Positions 56,009 to 64,000 of a DNA stretch of 64,000 bases are shown piece by piece (the first letter of the stretch is position 1; every line of letters begins with the position of its first letter). A program made the translations under genes and the position numbers. The notes beneath the pieces are model-generated. The model had not been told where the DNA came from and did not search any database. It worked only from the letters and a program-made list of their open reading frames with translations. The stretch comes from a bacterium HR34. GTDB taxonomy: Bacteria > Patescibacteriota > Minisyncoccia > Minisyncoccales > HRBIN34. The stretch is taken from NCBI GenBank assembly GCA_002923395.1, contig BEIK01000002.1, positions 1,965-65,964 of the forward strand, given 5' to 3'.

Positions 56009-57367
56009 ATGGATGCTCTTTCCATTTTACAATTTTTGCAATATGTGTCTAGTTTAGTAAAACCAATAAAAGAATTTCTCATGAATTTTTTAATAGATTG
56101 GTGGTGGTTAATTGCGCCTTTTATCCTATGGAGACCTTTTTATTTGTTATGGCATTGGTGGAGAAATGAAATTTTCTTTTCTTATATAAAGTTTGTTTTT
56201 CTGGAGGTTATTCTTCCAAAAGAAACAAAAAAACCTTTAAGGGCAATGGAGCAGGTTATAAGTAGTATATGGGGTAGTGTTTATGATCCTCCAGATTGGT
56301 GGGAAGAGCATATAGAAGGTAAGGTTATTTTAAGTGTAGTTTTTGAGATTATAAGTTTGGAGGGTAAAATTCATTTTTTTATAAGGGTGCCAGAACGCGC
56401 TAGGGCAGGCGTAGAATCATCTATTTATTCTCAATATCCTGACGCTGAAATCATAGAAGTAGACGATTACACAAAATATGTTCCTCAGGACATTCCAAAT
56501 AAAGATTGGGATTGCTGGGGTTTCGACGTCCAACTTTTAAAACCAGAAGTTTATCCAATTAGGACCTATGAAATGTTTTTTGAGGAAAGACCTGAAACAA
56601 CAGAAGAAAAAAGATTAGACCCTCTCTCTCCACTTTTAGAGGGTATGACAAAATTAAATAAAGGAGAGCATATGTGGCTTCAAATAGTAGTAAAGCCAAT
56701 AGCGCCGGCAGATTATCCTTATCCAGAAATTGGCAAAAAAGAAGTAAATAAATTAATGAAAAGAGTTAAGGAAGAAAAAAAAGGAACTAAAAGTTTAATA
56801 GAAATGATAATAGATGAATTTATTTTTTTGTTTACAGGCAAAAAGCCTCCAACAGAAGCTCAAAAATCTGCTGAAACAAGCGCGCTTTTTACAGAGTATA
56901 TTTTTGGCTTAACAGAGGACGAAAGAAAAGTTATAGCAGCGATAGAGAAGAAAGTAAGTAAATTTTGTTTTATGGGATTTATAAGGTTCTTGCATGTATA
57001 TAAAAGAGATTCTGTTAGTACCGCTGCAAAACCTGTAGTTATTGGTTTTCTTGAGTCATTATCAACAACAAACCTAAATACAATGAAGCCTTGGGGTGAA
57101 ACTATCACAAAGGTTCATAAACACTGGTTCTTACCTTACAATTTATTTTTACCACGACTTTTATATCTTAAAAAAAGAAAAATGTTTAATAATTATATGA
57201 TGAGAGTGCCACCTAAATTTCCAAACCCCGGAGGGACATTCATTTTAAATACCGAAGAATTAGCAACATTATTTCATTTCCCAAGCAGAGACATATCGCC
57301 AGTGCCGTTTATTAGGAGAGTTGAGGCTACGAAAGGAATACCCCCTTCAACTATACCATTAGAATAA
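56009..57367 (+). CDS. Hypothetical Trp-rich membrane-associated protein, probable partner of the downstream ATPase
   Basis: N-terminal hydrophobic/Trp-rich segment (FLIDWWWLIAPFILWRPFYLLWHWW); C-terminal EELATLFHFP motif; 4-nt gap to the next gene. Confidence 0.55.
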   Translation: MDALSILQFLQYVSSLVKPIKEFLMNFLIDWWWLIAPFILWRPFYLLWHWWRNEIFFSYIKFVFLEVILPKETKKPLRAMEQVISSIWGSVYDPPDWWEEHIEGKVILSVVFEIISLEGKIHFFIRVPERARAGVESSIYSQYPDAEIIEVDDYTKYVPQDIPNKDWDCWGFDVQLLKPEVYPIRTYEMFFEERPETTEEKRLDPLSPLLEGMTKLNKGEHMWLQIVVKPIAPADYPYPEIGKKEVNKLMKRVKEEKKGTKSLIEMIIDEFIFLFTGKKPPTEAQKSAETSALFTEYIFGLTEDERKVIAAIEKKVSKFCFMGFIRFLHVYKRDSVSTAAKPVVIGFLESLSTTNLNTMKPWGETITKVHKHWFLPYNLFLPRLLYLKKRKMFNNYMMRVPPKFPNPGGTFILNTEELATLFHFPSRDISPVPFIRRVEATKGIPPSTIPLE

Positions 57368-57371
57368 AAGT

Positions 57372-58985
57372 ATGATTTTAAAAGACATACAAGACAACAA
57401 ACTAATACCAAAAAAAGATCTTTGTATAATGGGAGAGATAAACTTTAGAAATACAAAGCGTCGTTTTGGAATAAAATTAGACGACAGAAGACGCCATATC
57501 TATAGTGTTGGTAAAACAGGTATGGGTAAAACAGAATTTTTAAAATCAATGGCAATTCAAGATATTTTGGTTGGCCACGGAGTTGCTTTTATTGACCCCC
57601 ATGGTGACGCTGCCGACTCCCTTTTAGATTTTATTCCAGAACAAAGGCAAAAAGATGTTATCTATTTTAATCCTTCTGATGTAGATTACCCTATTGCTTT
57701 TAACATAATGGAGAACGTTGACTACAAAAATAGGCATCTTGTTGCAGGTGGTCTTTTAGGGATATTTAAAAAACTTTGGCCTGATGTTTGGTCTCCAAGA
57801 ATGGAATATATTTTAAACAACTGCATTTTAGCTCTTTTGGAAACCCCAGACGCGACTCTTTTGGGAATAAACAAACTTTTAGCAAACGAAGAATACAGGA
57901 AAAAAGTTTTAACCTATGTTAAAGATCCTGTTGTAAAATCGTTCTGGTTGCAAGAATTTGCAAGGTACACCCAAAGATACGAAGTTGAAGCAACAGCAGC
58001 GGTTCAAAACAAAATAGGTCAATTCATTTCAATCCCCTTGATAAGAAATATTGTTGGTCAAAAACGTTCAACAATAGATATAAGAAAAATAATGGACGAA
58101 GGAAAAATTTTAATAGTAAATATATCAAAAGGAAAAATAGGCGAAGATCAATCAAACTTATTGGGCGGTTTAATAATTACAAAACTTCAATTGGCAGCAA
58201 TGTCTCGCGTTGACATACCAGAAGATGAGAGAAAAGATTTCTTTTTATATGTAGATGAGTTTCAAAACTTTGCTACCAAATCTTTTGCAACAATTTTATC
58301 AGAAGCGAGAAAATACCGCCTTTCCATTATTTTAACTCACCAATATATATCTCAAATGGAAGAGAGCGTAAGAGATGCCGTTTTTGGGAACGTTGGCACA
58401 ATTGTCTGTTTTAGAGTTGGAGCAGAAGACGCAGAATTTTTGCAAAAAGAATTCGACCCTGTTTTTACAGCAGAAGATCTTGTAAATCTTCCAAAGTATA
58501 ATATGTATGTAAAACTTATGGTAGATGGCGTAACTCAAAGGCCATTTTCGGCCCGAACCCTACCGCCTTTCAAACCGCCAGAATTATCATTTAGAAAAGA
58601 AGTAATAGAAAATTCAAGAAAGCAATACGCTGTTGAAAGAGAAAAAGTTGAAAAAGAAATACTTGCTTTTATAGGAGAGATAAAAGAACCGCCTCAAAGA
58701 TTGAAGTTATACGATGCCATTTGTTCAAACTGCGGTAGAAGAGAAAAGGTGCCGATTGACCCTTCTGTATCGCCGCCTCTTTGTAAATCCTGCCGAAAGA
58801 AAATGGGATTAAGGAAAGAACAAAAAATCCAAAATCAAGCAAGCAAAGCTAACACAATTTCAAATCAAGATAAAAAACCAGATTCTTCAGTTCAAGAACA
58901 ACGAGTTTCTCAAGAGCCACCGCAAGTACAACCGCCTATCAAAAAAGCAGGTTTATTAAAACCTGGCGATAAAGTAATTTTTTAA
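57372..58985 (+). CDS. VirD4/TraD/TraG-like (type IV coupling protein-like) P-loop ATPase with C-terminal zinc ribbon
   Basis: Walker A GKTGMGKT, Walker B FFLYVDEFQNF, THQYISQ sensor region, CSNCGR...CKSCRKK, Gln/Pro-rich tail; no N-terminal TM helices. Confidence 0.65.
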   Translation: MILKDIQDNKLIPKKDLCIMGEINFRNTKRRFGIKLDDRRRHIYSVGKTGMGKTEFLKSMAIQDILVGHGVAFIDPHGDAADSLLDFIPEQRQKDVIYFNPSDVDYPIAFNIMENVDYKNRHLVAGGLLGIFKKLWPDVWSPRMEYILNNCILALLETPDATLLGINKLLANEEYRKKVLTYVKDPVVKSFWLQEFARYTQRYEVEATAAVQNKIGQFISIPLIRNIVGQKRSTIDIRKIMDEGKILIVNISKGKIGEDQSNLLGGLIITKLQLAAMSRVDIPEDERKDFFLYVDEFQNFATKSFATILSEARKYRLSIILTHQYISQMEESVRDAVFGNVGTIVCFRVGAEDAEFLQKEFDPVFTAEDLVNLPKYNMYVKLMVDGVTQRPFSARTLPPFKPPELSFRKEVIENSRKQYAVEREKVEKEILAFIGEIKEPPQRLKLYDAICSNCGRREKVPIDPSVSPPLCKSCRKKMGLRKEQKIQNQASKANTISNQDKKPDSSVQEQRVSQEPPQVQPPIKKAGLLKPGDKVIF

Positions 58986-58995
58986 AAATATACTT

Positions 58996-60033
58996 ATGCT
59001 AAAAATATTTTCAAAAAAAGATATATTCAAGAAAACTGTTTTCTTAAGAGTCGATTTAAACATTTCCCTAAAATCAAAGGAAAGCCATTTTAGAATCGAA
59101 AGAGTTTTACCAACGATAAAAAAACTTCAAAACTATAAAGCAAAAATAATTTTGGCAACTCATATAGGCAGACCAAAATTTCCTTTTCAAAAAGAATTCA
59201 GCACTCGTTTTCTAAAAAATGTTCTATCAAAAAAACTTAAAACTGAAATTATTTATATTCCAGATGTAATAGGCGAAAGGGTAGAGAGCACAATTAAAAA
59301 ATCAGATTACGGCAAAATTCTGCTTCTTGAAAATTTAAGATTTTATGAAGGTGAACTTAAAAATTCTTTGCCTTTTGCCAAAAACTTGTCAAAGTTAGCA
59401 CAAGTTTATGTTTCAGATGCTTTTAGTGTTTGCCACAGAAAACAAGCATCTGTTTACTCCTTGCCAAAACTTTTGCCGTCTTTTGCAGGTCCGCTTTTAT
59501 TTTCAGAAGTAAAAAACTTATATAAAATAAAAAACAACCCAAAACATCCTTGTATAGTCATTTTAGGCGGTAAAAAAGTAGACGATAAAGTAAAATCAAT
59601 AAAAGGTTTTTTAAAATTTGCAGATTATATTTTAGTTAATAATTTAGCCCAAATAGAAATACAAAAAAACTACCCAAAACTTTCGAAAAATAAAAAAATA
59701 ATTTTCCCCTTAGATACAAACAAAGATTTAGATATAGGAGAAAAAACAATAGAACTATTTTCAAACTACATTTACAAAGCAAAAAGCGTTGTTTGGTCAG
59801 GTCCATTAGGAAAGTTCGAAGATAAAAAATATGCAAAAGGGAGCATAGCCGTTGCAAAAACCATAATAAAATCAAAAGCATTTTCAGTAATAGGAGGCGG
59901 CCAGACAATAGAATTTGCAACAAAGTATAAGTTTTTAAATAAGTTCTCGTTTGTATCAACTGGTGGCGGCGCTATGTTGCACTTTTTGGCAGGTAACCCT
60001 ATGCCGGGACTAAAAGCCCTTTCAGAAAAATAA
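58996..60033 (+). CDS. pgk: Phosphoglycerate kinase (short form, 345 aa)
   Basis: FLRVDLN, ATHIGRPK, STGGGAMLHFLAGNPMPGLKAL. Confidence 0.85.
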   Translation: MLKIFSKKDIFKKTVFLRVDLNISLKSKESHFRIERVLPTIKKLQNYKAKIILATHIGRPKFPFQKEFSTRFLKNVLSKKLKTEIIYIPDVIGERVESTIKKSDYGKILLLENLRFYEGELKNSLPFAKNLSKLAQVYVSDAFSVCHRKQASVYSLPKLLPSFAGPLLFSEVKNLYKIKNNPKHPCIVILGGKKVDDKVKSIKGFLKFADYILVNNLAQIEIQKNYPKLSKNKKIIFPLDTNKDLDIGEKTIELFSNYIYKAKSVVWSGPLGKFEDKKYAKGSIAVAKTIIKSKAFSVIGGGQTIEFATKYKFLNKFSFVSTGGGAMLHFLAGNPMPGLKALSEK

Positions 60034-60041
60034 AAGTTATT

Positions 60042-60070
60042 TTGACATCACTTCTCTTATTTAATAAAAT
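60042..60070 (+). promoter_or_regulatory. Candidate promoter upstream of the DHH-family gene
   Basis: TTGACA, 17-nt spacer, TAAAAT. Confidence 0.3.
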
Positions 60071-60092
60071 AATCTCTTAGCCAATTTTAATT

Positions 60093-61277
60093 ATGCCAGG
60101 AGAAAATTTTTTAAAAAAAGCAGAAAAAATAAAAAACATAAAAAAGTTTGAAAAAGTATTTTTCGACGCCGTAAATAAAAACAAAAACATAGTTTTATAT
60201 TCTGACTCAGATCCAGACGGCGCTTGTTGTGCTGTTATATTAAAAGAAGCTCTTGAACTGCTTGGCAGAAAACCAAAAAAAGTTTATTTTCCAGATAGAG
60301 AAAAAGAAGGTTATGGTTTAAATTTTAGAGCAATCGAAAAACTTAAAAAGTACGCACCAGGCCTTTTAATTGTAACTGACTGCGGAACAACAAGCGTACA
60401 AGAAGTAGAACTTGCAAAAAAATACGGCTTTGAAGTTGCAATAATAGATCATCATGTTGTTTTTAGTAAAACACCAAGAGCGATTTTTATAAACCTCCAC
60501 CAAAAAGGAGACAAATTTTATTTCAAAGAATTGTGCGCCGCAGGACTGGTATATGTTATTGTTAAATACCTCTTTTTAAAAAACAAAATAAGTTTTTCAC
60601 CAGAAAGCTTTTTAGAACTTGCAATGCTCGCCACTATTGCTGATAGGGTTCCCCTTGTTTCATTAAATAAAGAAATTGTAGAGCAGGGAATAGAAGCTCT
60701 TAAAATAACCAAAAGGCCAGCCCTTAAAGTATTAAAAAATAAAACAAAACTAAGGCAGTATACCTTAGATAAAATAAATTACAAAATCGTTCATGTTTTG
60801 GGAGCTGGCTACAACGAAAGAAATATAAATAAAACCTACAAATTTTTAATTGAAAGAAATGATGAAAAATTAAATAAAATGTCAGACGAATTAACCCACA
60901 GTTTACAGGTTAAATATTATGAAATTCAAAGAATAGTAGATGAAGTAGAAGAAAGATTAAAAGTTAAAGGAATAAACGAATTTATTTTTGAAGGGTCTCA
61001 CGATTGGCAGCTTTTTTATTTAGGCCCTGCAGCCTCCCGTTTAATAGAAAAATATAAAGTTCCTGTTTTTCTTTACCACATCTTAAAAGATGTAAAAGAA
61101 GCAGTAGGCGCTGTTAGAAGTACAGACAAAATAGACAGTGTAAAAGCAATGCAAAATTGCAAAAAATACCTTTTGTTATATGGAGGCCATCCAAAAGCAT
61201 CTGGTTTCAGAATAAAAATTGAAAACCTTTCAGACTTTTATTATTGTCTTTTAAATTACATTAAGAAAAACAAATGA
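60093..61277 (+). CDS. recJ: DHH/DHHA1 family phosphoesterase (RecJ-like, short form)
   Basis: DSDPDG, VTDCG, IDHH, GGHPKASG motifs. Confidence 0.7.
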   Translation: MPGENFLKKAEKIKNIKKFEKVFFDAVNKNKNIVLYSDSDPDGACCAVILKEALELLGRKPKKVYFPDREKEGYGLNFRAIEKLKKYAPGLLIVTDCGTTSVQEVELAKKYGFEVAIIDHHVVFSKTPRAIFINLHQKGDKFYFKELCAAGLVYVIVKYLFLKNKISFSPESFLELAMLATIADRVPLVSLNKEIVEQGIEALKITKRPALKVLKNKTKLRQYTLDKINYKIVHVLGAGYNERNINKTYKFLIERNDEKLNKMSDELTHSLQVKYYEIQRIVDEVEERLKVKGINEFIFEGSHDWQLFYLGPAASRLIEKYKVPVFLYHILKDVKEAVGAVRSTDKIDSVKAMQNCKKYLLLYGGHPKASGFRIKIENLSDFYYCLLNYIKKNK

Positions 61278-61714
61278 AAAACGAAACACCAAAAAAATTA
61301 ATAGTCTACACAGATGGCTCCTCTCTTGGAAATCCCGGAAAATCAGCAATAGGGTTTGCCATATTTGATGATAAAGGAAACCTTATTAAAGAATACTCAC
61401 AAGAAATTGGAATAAAAACAAACAATGAAGCAGAATACGAAGCCCTACTCTTCGCTCTTAAAAAAATAAAACTTTTATTTGGAAAAGATAAAATTAAAAA
61501 TATAGAAATAGAAATAAGATCTGACAGCCAACTTATGACCTCTCAACTCCTTGGAAAATATAAAATTTTAGATGAAAAAATTAAAAATTTATTTATAGAA
61601 TTTTGGAACCTTAAAACAGATTTTGGTAAAATAACAATTACTCAAATACCACGAGAACAAAACAAATTAGCCGATGCCCTTTCCAAAAAACTTAAACAAC
61701 CAAACCTTTTTTAA
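61274..61714 (+). CDS. rnhA: Ribonuclease HI
   Basis: YTDGSSLGNPG, NNEAEYEAL, SDSQL, NKLADALS (DEDD catalytic pattern). Confidence 0.85.
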   Translation: MKNETPKKLIVYTDGSSLGNPGKSAIGFAIFDDKGNLIKEYSQEIGIKTNNEAEYEALLFALKKIKLLFGKDKIKNIEIEIRSDSQLMTSQLLGKYKILDEKIKNLFIEFWNLKTDFGKITITQIPREQNKLADALSKKLKQPNLF

Positions 61715-61791
61715 TACAACGAAAACAGATCTGTAATTTTTCTAACTTGCATTTGATTTTTTATTTTGTGTATTCTATTATTATTTTATAT

Positions 61792-62199
61792 GTGGATGCT
61801 TTAAGGCAACCGCTTTCCGACTATTGTCGGAAAGAGGAAACTCCGGACATCCTGCTCCGATTTTTTCGTCGGAGTATAAAACCCTGCGGGTAAAGGCCCG
61901 CCGCCGTAAACTTATTGTAGTTTGCGGTAGGGGTGCGAACAGAGACGAGGTTGCCAGTAATGGCGCCTGTCCTTTTCGCTTCAAAATAATTTTGAAGCGA
62001 AAAGGAAAGCTCTGCGGTAACGCAGAGGTGAAACGGCTAAATCCCAGGGGGATGCAAGGCTAAAACCTGCTAAAAATCTAGCAGGTATGGGTAAGCCGCA
62101 ATGAGTGTTATGGGTAACCATAACACCAAGATAAATGGTTGCCACTCTTCCTGCTTGAAATAGGAAGAGCACAGAATCCGGGTTATTAAAGCTTCCACA
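61792..62199 (+). ncRNA. rnpB: RNase P RNA (bacterial type A-like)
   Basis: P1 pairing GTGGATGCTTTAA / TTAAAGCTTCCAC, conserved AGAGGAAACTCCGGAC (CR-I/P4) and CACAGAATCCGGGTTAT (CR-V/P4); GC-rich island in AT-rich DNA. Confidence 0.9.
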
Positions 62200-62208
62200 A
62201 AATAGACC

Positions 62209-62236
62209 AGACCTCGAGAAAATTTTCTCGAGGTCT
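62209..62236 (+). terminator. Perfect 28-nt palindrome immediately 3' of rnpB (termination or processing hairpin)
   Basis: AGACCTCGAGAAAA|TTTTCTCGAGGTCT; no U-tract follows. Confidence 0.4.
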
Positions 62237-62289
62237 ACTTGCAAGTAAACCATAAATAAAAAATTTTTTTAATTATTGTATATTGTATT

Positions 62290-62880
62290 ATGGAAGAAAT
62301 TTTCAACGCCATAAAAAATTTAACAACATATATTTATAAGGTAACAGACAACTTACCTCAAGACCCACTGAAACACAAAATAAGAGAAAAAACTTTGGAT
62401 TTATTAAACAAATTTTACTCAAGCGAAATTACTTCTTCTGAAAAAGAATTTTTAATTAATGAACTAAAAATTTTTTTTGCCTATTTAGATATATCAGAAC
62501 ACCAAAACTTAATTGAAAAACGCCACATAATAACAATAAAAGAAAGTTACATAAAAATACTAAAACTTCTCTTAGCCAACAATCAACAAAAAGCTAAACA
62601 AAAACCTCAACAAAAAACCACCAAAGCAAAAAATTCCATAAAGATTCATAACACAAACAACAACGAAAGAAAAACAAAAATTCTCAGCATAATTAAAGAC
62701 AAGAAAATTATTTCTATTTCATCTCTTTATGATTTATTTCCAGACATTACAACCAGAACATTAAGAAGAGATATGGCAGACTTAGTTCAAAAAGGATTTA
62801 TAGAACCTATAGGAAAAGGAATATATAGATTGAAAGATTTTTCACAAAAGGACAGGATTTCTCATATAATTTCCACATAA
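62290..62880 (+). CDS. Hypothetical protein: N-terminal four-helix-bundle-like region plus C-terminal DeoR-like HTH
   Basis: C-terminus ITTRTLRRDMADLVQKGFIEPIGKG resembles a winged-helix HTH; Gln/Lys-rich linker. Confidence 0.45.
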   Translation: MEEIFNAIKNLTTYIYKVTDNLPQDPLKHKIREKTLDLLNKFYSSEITSSEKEFLINELKIFFAYLDISEHQNLIEKRHIITIKESYIKILKLLLANNQQKAKQKPQQKTTKAKNSIKIHNTNNNERKTKILSIIKDKKIISISSLYDLFPDITTRTLRRDMADLVQKGFIEPIGKGIYRLKDFSQKDRISHIIST

Positions 62881-62911
62881 TTTCCACATCATTTCCACAT
62901 CATTTCCATAT
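62868..62911 (+). repeat. Four tandem 11-bp repeats (AATTTCCACAT x2, CATTTCCACAT, CATTTCCATAT)
   Basis: Read directly from the sequence; they span the stop codon of the upstream ORF and end in the ATG of the sigma-factor gene. Confidence 0.9.
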
Positions 62912-63416
62912 GAATAAACCGCAAGATATAAAACAATATTTTTCTAATATATACGACAAATACTTTGACAGTATTTATAAATTTATATTTCTTAAAACTC
63001 CTTCAAAAGAAACAGCACAAGATATCACTTCAGATGTCTTCTTGAAATTTTTCAACTACATTGTTAAAAATGGATACAAATCTATAAACAACCCCCGCGC
63101 CTTTTTATACAAAACAGCAAGAAACCTCATATCAGATTATTACAGAAAAAACTCCCATATCCCATTCTCTCAATTGCCAGACGACCTCCCAGATCTGGAA
63201 CAAGGCATAGAGCAAAAAATAGATATTGATATTCAAATTAACTTTGTCAAAAAACAGCTCCAACAACTTCCGCAAGAATATCAGGACATTATAATAATGT
63301 ATTATTTAGAGGAAATTCCAATCAAAGAAATTGCTGAAATTGTGGACAAAACAGAAAACAATGTTAGGGTTATAATCCACCGCTGCCTACAACACCTCAA
63401 ACAAAGCCTCCAATAG
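62910..63416 (+). CDS. ECF-type sigma-70 family RNA polymerase sigma factor
   Basis: Region 2 (AQDITSDVFLKFF...ARNLISDYYRK) and region 4 HTH (IKEIAEIVDKTENNVRVIIHRCLQHLK). Confidence 0.85.
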   Translation: MNKPQDIKQYFSNIYDKYFDSIYKFIFLKTPSKETAQDITSDVFLKFFNYIVKNGYKSINNPRAFLYKTARNLISDYYRKNSHIPFSQLPDDLPDLEQGIEQKIDIDIQINFVKKQLQQLPQEYQDIIIMYYLEEIPIKEIAEIVDKTENNVRVIIHRCLQHLKQSLQ

Positions 63417-63535
63417 CAACATCTTCTAATAATTTTGTAATATTTTCCCCTAATTTTCGTCTACTATATATCAACAGCAAGAACGCGAACGCCCAATAAA
63501 CCGTAATTCAACCCAACACAACAAACTCCAAAACA

Positions 63536-64000
63536 ATGCAAATACAAAATCTTAAAAAACTATATAACGCAATTCAACCTGATAAAACTTGGAAAGAAAG
63601 CCAAAAGAATTTTATATTATCAACACTTGACATCCAATTTTCAAACCAATACAATTATTCTAATAACTTTATTTCAGCAATTTCAAAAATTTTGTCGTTT
63701 AAAAATCATCCTGTTTTGACATCAGAAGTTGTTGTTTCACTTTTGGCGCTAATTTTTTTATTCGGTGCTTATTTAAGTTTACCAGGCGACCCGCTTTACA
63801 CAGTAAAAGAAAATGTAATTGAAAAAGTTTCCATTCCGCCAGAAAACGAACTTGCACTACTTGAAGCAAAACTTTCAGAAATTGAAAGAGCAGTTCAAGA
63901 AAACAAAACCCAGAACATAAAACCAGCAGTAGAAAAAGTAGTTCAAACAGTTGCCAAAGTAAATCCGCAAGATATTGCTAAAAAAGTAAAAGAAAACCAT
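63536..64000 (+). CDS. Hypothetical single-TM protein downstream of the sigma factor (possible anti-sigma/DUF-type partner), 3' end outside window
   Basis: ATG at 63536, then 155 codons with no stop up to the window edge (translated by hand); TM segment VVVSLLALIFLFGAYL. Confidence 0.5.
   Translation, partial: MQIQNLKKLYNAIQPDKTWKESQKNFILSTLDIQFSNQYNYSNNFISAISKILSFKNHPVLTSEVVVSLLALIFLFGAYLSLPGDPLYTVKENVIEKVSIPPENELALLEAKLSEIERAVQENKTQNIKPAVEKVVQTVAKVNPQDIAKKVKENH

Noticed and set aside
61781-62253. Track ORFs 61781-61984 (-), 61824-62063 (+) and 61981-62253 (-)
   Set aside because: They lie entirely within the RNase P RNA gene and its 3' hairpin. They are GC-rich, non-coding artefacts.
1-64000. 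Alternative genetic code (UGA as Gly, code 25, as in some CPR lineages)
   Set aside because: Genes such as recO, the M16 peptidase and holB end at TGA with tidy ATGA overlaps onto the next start. Reading through would fuse unrelated proteins, so the standard code fits.

Overview
AT-rich, very gene-dense window with almost every gene on the + strand. The content is housekeeping and typical of a small-genome CPR/Patescibacteria-like bacterium. TGA behaves as a normal stop (ATGA overlaps at gene junctions), so this is standard code 11.

Recognisable content:
- Aminoacyl-tRNA synthetases: argS (3' part), ileS, glyQS, proS.
- gatCA, recO, holB, frr, murA and two mreB paralogs.
- A DsbA-like / membrane CxxC / trxB cluster, lemA-htpX, tpiA, pgk and mnmA.
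- A complete str-S10-spc ribosomal block, rpsL to rplO, then secY-adk-map. There is no rpmD (L30) between rpsE and rplO.
- lepA, rsmI, efp, clpB, a RecJ-like DHH protein, rnhA, RNase P RNA, an ECF-type sigma factor and 7 tRNA genes. None of the tRNA genes encodes CCA.

All identifications come from motif and synteny recognition by eye. No database search was possible.

Most unusual region: the tRNA cluster at 23.8-24.9 kb. A GC-rich ~124-nt module predicted to form three 8-bp hairpins occurs once behind tRNA-His and in tandem (163-nt period, about 2.45 units) behind tRNA-Arg. Every copy ends in a duplicated tRNA T-arm/acceptor 3' segment. A short derivative motif (GAACCCNACAGAGGGG) also follows a tRNA(CAU). 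I do not recognise this as a known RNA family or mobile element.

Other notable items:
- An IleRS carrying an inserted histidine-phosphatase (PGAM-like) domain.
- An orphan membrane-protein plus VirD4/TraD-like ATPase pair next to a sigma-r4/HARE-HTH protein.
- A three-segment GGCCGG/CCGGCC attenuator-like structure between rpsJ and rplC.
- Four 11-bp tandem repeats abutting the sigma-factor start codon.
- A decayed accessory islet next to tRNA-Gly.
- An EF-P whose modification-loop tip is Gly rather than Lys/Arg.
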